Assembly (NCBI GenBank): GCA_030141605.1
Contig: JAQGDQ010000021.1
Span: 1,213,688-1,277,687, forward strand
DNA length: 64,000 nt
Direction: 5' to 3'
Origin: Tubiluchus corallicola
Taxonomy: Eukaryota > Animalia > Priapulida
Part shown: piece after piece, positions 58,229 to 64,000 of the stretch
Layout: each line of letters starts with the position of its first letter
Numbering within the stretch: position 1 is the first letter of the stretch
Program-made: the position numbers and the translations under genes
The notes under the pieces: model-generated
The model's database searches: none
Seen by the model: only the letters and a program-made list of their open reading frames with translations
Told to the model about the DNA's origin: nothing

Positions 58229-61200
58229 TCAAGCAACAGAATTCCCTGTAACCAGTTCAAATGCTGATTGAAAGTTTGGCAAAACAGCACCGGTCAGTTG
58301 TACATCTCTCAGTTGTTTCATAATGGTAGACGATTCCCACTTGCTAAGCTTTTCCTGAAAATACAGAAAACTAATAAATCAAAGGAAATATTTGATAGCC
58401 CAGATTCTTTAACGTTAACACTATCCTTTAAGTAAACAATAAATCGAATTCTGAAACTAAGTGTAATTGCTATTAAACGGATAGTATATATCTAAAATAT
58501 ACAATATAAACAGTTAAACACAGTTTTATTTTCCTTCTGTTGGACCCAAATAGCAAAAACATGCAATTATTAAACTTTTGACACATTTTAAATATGTTTA
58601 CCTCTTTTATGAGATTTACACTTATTCATACAAAGGCTTACAAACACTTTGAAGACTATAGCTTGTAAATAATTTTTACATTCATGGGTAATATTTATAT
58701 GCGTCAAAGTTTCAAAAACTAAACTTTGTTTAACTTAACAAATGGTAGAAACATTTACTGTAATTACCAAGACATCAGCTTTTAGAGCGCAATCGTTTGG
58801 TAGCAACAACAAGCAAGAAACAACGAGGCCCAGTTGACCTAAACGTAGATACTCCTCCACTATGGGCTGCACGTTCAAATTCAAGCTTAAAGGGCATCTA
58901 TGAAAAGAAAATGAAAAACAAGAAACAAAAGTGAATTTCAACAAAAAAAATTGTCCATATGTCAGCAATATCAGCATAAAAACTGTCCATAAGTTAGCAA
59001 TTAAGTTTTTTTAGTTATTCACACATCCCGAATCTCCATTTCATGAGGATAATTTTGATACCAGTTTCATCACTCTATGTTACTGCTAAGCTGAGATAAT
59101 CTGCAAGAATACTCTGAAGTTTAAATCCAGTAGCTGGCTCTTTCTGACGAAGATCTAGGCTTGGCAACAGAAAAAAACCCGAAGCAAAATGACTGCTTCC
59201 ACAAGCTACTACAGGAGTTTCAAATACAAGTTTTTTACAATTGCAATACTAGTTTCTAGCCAGAAAAGTGGGTATGGGGTTACAAAATTATATTTTTAGT
59301 ATTTTTTAACATTTTCTTGACAATTTGATACTAGAATATTAAAGTCCAATATATTTACCGTTTGTTTTTATAAAAAACAAAAAAATTGAAGCTAGAATAT
59401 TAAAGTCCAATATATATAGCATTTGTTTTTTATAAAAAACAAAGAACTGACATTTGACCAAATTTTTGGTGTATTCTACTTTGAAGCATCTTAACCAAGT
59501 TTCAACTATGCTGACTTATTTTGGTTTGCAAGCACACAAATGTGGAAAAGCCAGTACTGCCCTACATAGAAAACATCGAAAGCAATTAGTAAATGTTATT
59601 CTCTCTGATAGTTATCAATTTATAGGCAAAAGCTTGCTCACGCTTGACTAGTATGTGGTAGTAGTACATGTAGTACTTTTATAGCAAAACACTTTCATTT
59701 ATCTTGAGTCCATAAGAAAAGACAAGTTGTTGTTGTACAAAACTAAATGTTAGGAAAAGTTGTAACCAATATTCTCTATAAACTATCAGCTTTAAATACA
59801 GTAACACAGCAGGCAAATGGGGAAGGGTGTCTGTAAGGCCTATGAAACAGGCAGCAATAAATTTCAGCTTGTTGTATAAATTATCTCACAGAGAATATAC
59901 GCAAACAATTTACAAATAATTTTTCAGAAAAATACATCGCTTAATTCGAAATAAGTTCACAATACGAAAGAATGACTTTTTTTTAATACAAAAGTAAATA
60001 GCAAAGCTTGCTAACACACACTAGAGAAATACTACGACTTTATTTTTCATACATTTAACTATCTTATGGCCAACCGGATTAAAAGTACACTTATATTTCG
60101 GTCTGCCGGACAAAAGCGGGGAAACATAGGTCCGAATTTGCCGAAAACCGTATTTAACGATACTACATTAATACAGTAAGCGCCATGTATTAGACTCTCA
60201 ATGTAGAATCAATCGAATAATTGTCTCAGAAACGTCTAATATGGGCTGCTCCTGACATACAAACTTCACACGTGTCGTTACACGCTGCTTTGTTGCACTG
60301 ATGTAATGACGTGAACAAAGTGACGGCCTGCCAACAAGCAGTCAGCCCAAGAAAAAGCAGATTGTCCTTAGTATGTGGGACTTTTAATAGTCCAGATTTT
60401 GTCAGATTTTTCCAATATCCGTAAAAGCGAGGTCTGGCTAACCAAAATATGAGTGTACTTTTTTTGAATTATGTGATAATCTGATTGCATTGATATTCAG
60501 TTAACATGAGAGAGAACAACAAGACCTGTGCATTCAAACACATTTAACAGCAAAAACCTTTAGAACACTGGGAATGCTTTCTGGTTGCTTCGGTGACACA
60601 CATTAAAAAAAGACAGTCACACCAGCACGAACAGGTGAAGGTAGAAAATTATTATTCGTTAATCTTACCTGTGAACAAGCTCTGCTGACTTTAAACACCT
60701 TTGTTCGTCTTCATCGTTTAGAGGCAAACTGACTAAAAACGCAACACAAATGACAAATTTAGACTTCTCACTGATAAGTTAAACGATTCTGATAAAAATA
60801 GACATATAGTAGTTGTCCAAAACTTGCTACCATAACAGCTTCAGGAATTCTATACAGAAACATTGGCAGTGAAACTAAATATGTTCAATCACTTATTTAT
60901 CTGAACAGTAAAGCTATGTGAATGACACTCATTACTGAAGCTAATTTGCAACTCAAGATTTAAACAATCCAGTATAATTAATCATAATTACTTCCTGTCA
61001 GAGGTGCAATGATGACAGTCTGCCAGGCTTTATGCAGAGCTTCCGCTTGCAAAAGTTCCAAAAATCCGGTCAGGCGGCATAAGACTCTAGTCAGATAGTC
61101 AAACTGAAATGTGCAAGAATCATGATTTTACACTAACTCTTTGCAAGATAACTTACAATTCTAAGAGGAATCTTTCACGTGGTGCGTATGGCTCAGTTAA

Positions 61201-63709
61201 AATAAAGTCACTCAGCTAAAACCTTAGCTTGTAGACGATTTGGCATTAGTTAGATCAACCAAATTTGTAAACACATATCTCAAATCCTCTCACTAAACTA
61301 TGCAACTAAACACAACTTTACTATGATGTGGCATAACATCTTTTTCTTTTTGGTTAAGACCTACTGACAGACTAAGTGCAGGAGAAAAAATAATTCCATC
61401 CTATTGCTCACGCTTGCATTTTTATATACAACCACTCGCAATCGTACTAATAAATTATTGATTTATAAATAATTAACTGCATATAATTTACACATCACAT
61501 ACGAGTACAAATTAGCAAAACAAATGTACGAAATGTCTAACCTGTTTGAAAGATAAAAGTTGTTGCAGTATATCACTCCACAATTGCAGATCTATGATTT
61601 CGTAATCAATACACAGTTCCGACACAATCTGAACAGCCTGTAATAGTGTCAAAAAAGCCTTAATAATGGGCAAATTTCTTAAAAAAATTGTGAAAAACCT
61701 GAGCTGTCTTTGATTCTTAGCAGACTTGCAGTGAAACAGTCTTCTGTTTGTTCTTTTTATATCTGCTATAGATGCAGATGCAAAAGTGCTACCTACCTTG
61801 CAAAAGCAACATAGTTCTGAAATACAACTTTAATTAAATTTCAGTCAACAGAACCGTTCTCAACACTTAATGCTGCTAATGATTTCTAGTTTTGTTTAGA
61901 TAAAAAGAAACAAACAGAAAATAAAAACTGCAGCTTAACAAATTCTTGTTTATATACCATTAAATAGGCGTAGTATCTTGAAGTCTCGTCACAATAAAGC
62001 AATTATTTTCGTAATTGTAGCAACAAGGATAATTTATTTACCATAGAATTATGCTTGTGATTTCGCCAGATGCCTTTCACCAAGTTTTTCTTGTTGCATT
62101 TTGCAAATGTTGTTACATTGTACTGCAAATGTAACTGTTCCAGCTTGCTAATATATTGCAAAGATTTCAAATATTCCCTACAATGAAACAAACAGAATTA
62201 AACAAGACCCAAATGTTAAACTGTAGCTCAAAACAATCCAATCTACAAAATATTGAAAGAGAACATACTAATTTTTTTAAAGAATAACTCACATGAAACA
62301 ATTGTTGCTGCAAAAACGTAATTTCGCATTTATGCGGCTACCTCTTCGCTGTAGTGCGCATTTCGCCATCCGGCAGTAAGATGAGCACTAACACCTGCAT
62401 CTCAGAAAAATCAGGTCCCACTTCAGATGTTGTTCAGTTGTACATTGCGCACACATTCGAAAGCGCATGAATGAGTGCAACGATAAACTTGGAATTTAAA
62501 TTTAAAACTTTCTGAGTTTTTGCATATCATACTGAATGTTGTATAGCAGCACTGTACTTCAATTTTCGCTTTTATAAACACCTGTAATTCGCTCACGGAA
62601 TGTTTGTGTTGTTAAAAATTATGTTCAGTTGTGATGTCATCACTAGTTGGGCTAGTCTGCCGTTAATTAATTTTTTAACGTTTCATTTAATTATCAGAAA
62701 TGCTTTAGCATTATTATAGTGTTAAAATGTATACTTTTTAACATACTTCAAAATAAGGTAGGGTATGAAAGAAAGACGAAAAGTAAAACTATTCAAACCG
62801 AATTCAGTATCTCACCATGTTAAAATTGATGTTCCTTATTCAACAAACTTTAAGATCGGTACATTTTAGCTAAACACATTTTAGACAGCAGTAATCAAAC
62901 TGAAAAATAATACTGAAAAAAACTTACATTACAAAAGCAGCGCTGTTTTGGGACAACGATTCAATTGTTTCAGTATCGGCTACGGCAAAAAGACACCGAA
63001 GCGCACGAGCTCTGCAGAAGTTCCGGATCTTTGATGACGGATTACTGAACGCAAGGCGAATCAAAAATTTTGCATTATCGACTGCATTTCCATATTGCAG
63101 TAGATAAATGGCTCTCTTTTCATCTTCCAAACTGTCACTAGATGGCACTGGTATTGCACAGGAATCGTGTTCAGCACTCTGCAATAAACAGAATCAAAAA
63201 TTAATACAACACTTGTTTCAAGTCGTTAATAAATGTTTGACCAATAAGCTAAAAATCCTGCAGATAATTAGAAATCTTTCAATAAATGGGAATCCTTTAT
63301 ATTTAATAAAAGCAAAATAAGGAAAATTCAGTACAATAGAATACTGCATTTAAAAAATTTCTCAGAATCAACTGAAGCAAATAAATATGTCAAATTAGTG
63401 AAACTGGGTCAAATACTTTTTACTGTTATTTACAGGAAACAAAATTGCAAAATAATGGTCAAAAAATGCAGGCAAAACAAACAAATACATGAAGATGAAT
63501 GACAAAAAAACTAGAATTACCGTCATTAACAAAATAAGTGATGATAAAGTTGTTTAAAGTAACAATCACCATAGCAACAAAACTTACTTTGTCTTGACCA
63601 ATGTTTACAGCAGAACTTCCCGGCAGCCATTTTTCAAGTAAAGCCAGTTTAATTTTCATCAAATCAAGCTGGTTAATATCTGCAATTTCTTTTACTGCTG
63701 CATGTATGT
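58229..63709 (-). CDS. KNTC1: Kinetochore-associated protein 1 (Rod), 3' portion; gene continues beyond the window end
   Basis: Exons 63709-63588, 63178-62928, 62177-62042, 61637-61542, 61103-60992, 60732-60669, 58897-58768 and 58354-58229 are phase-consistent. Peptides IHAAVKEIADIN..LLEKWL, RARALRCLFAVADTETIESL, LVKGIWRNHKHNSMAVQIVSELCIDYEIIDLQLW and KAWQTVIIAPL match the Rod C-terminal region. Confidence 0.93.
59331..59450. repeat. ~61-bp tandem duplication, each unit carrying a 22-bp palindrome
   Basis: ctagaatattaaagtccaatatat...TTTGTTTTTTATAAAAAACAAA occurs twice. Confidence 0.85.
60088..60455. mobile_element. TA-flanked MITE (Tc1/mariner-like ends) in KNTC1 intron
   Basis: TA|CACTTATATTTCGGTCTGCCGGAC...GTCTGGCTAACCAAAATATGAGTG|TA, with imperfect ~24-bp TIRs. 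Confidence 0.65.
62400..62770. mobile_element. Family C element, partial copy in KNTC1 intron
   Basis: agcactgtacttcaatt..cgcttt, aaaattatgttcagttgtgatgtcatc..tagttgggct match 31820-31930. Confidence 0.7.
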
Positions 63710-64000
63710 CTGTAAATTTGAATTTGCACTCAAAATCATTGCTTCTTCACAGATATTAAAACACATATCAAGAAACACATATCATATACATAGATTCTAG
63801 TCACTAATTTAGTAGGCGGATAAGGCAAGAAAGTATTTATCTATGCAGGAATAAATAACAGCAATGTTGTATACTACAACTAATCTTAAGATGTCAGATT
63901 CGGTTAAATAATTTCAATTAAAATGCTTACATTTTAATTTACAATTTTAAAATTTCAAATTTCTATCGGAAATTCTATTTTAAAGTAATTATACCGTCAG

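Overview
AT-rich, intron-containing eukaryotic DNA, most likely from an invertebrate metazoan. There is no prokaryotic, CRISPR or phage content. Five spliced protein-coding genes were assembled by hand with phase-consistent GT-AG junctions: (1) a divergent protein O-mannose kinase (POMK/SGK196)-like gene on the minus strand, head-to-head with (2) an SLC16/MCT-family transporter on the plus strand; (3) a small stum/SPEC3-like membrane protein gene spread over more than 19 kb; (4) a ~923-aa two-exon, mostly disordered gene with no recognisable domain; and (5) the 3' end of KNTC1/Rod. An intact U2 snRNA gene lies at 56094-56285 with a TATA box at -30. Intergenic and intronic DNA is dominated by short non-autonomous elements: TTAA-flanked Kolobok-like families (one nested in an older repeat), several fold-back MITEs (one family carrying telomere-like repeats), a Penelope-like inverted remnant with a hammerhead-like motif, SINE fragments, mini/microsatellites and a recent ~0.9-kb inverted duplication. 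I found no clear-cut new multi-gene system. The best leads are the altered POMK-like kinase, the orphan gene, the X-box-carrying duplication, an intronic miRNA-like hairpin and the TATA-containing U2 promoter. Homology calls are from remembered family motifs, not from database searches.
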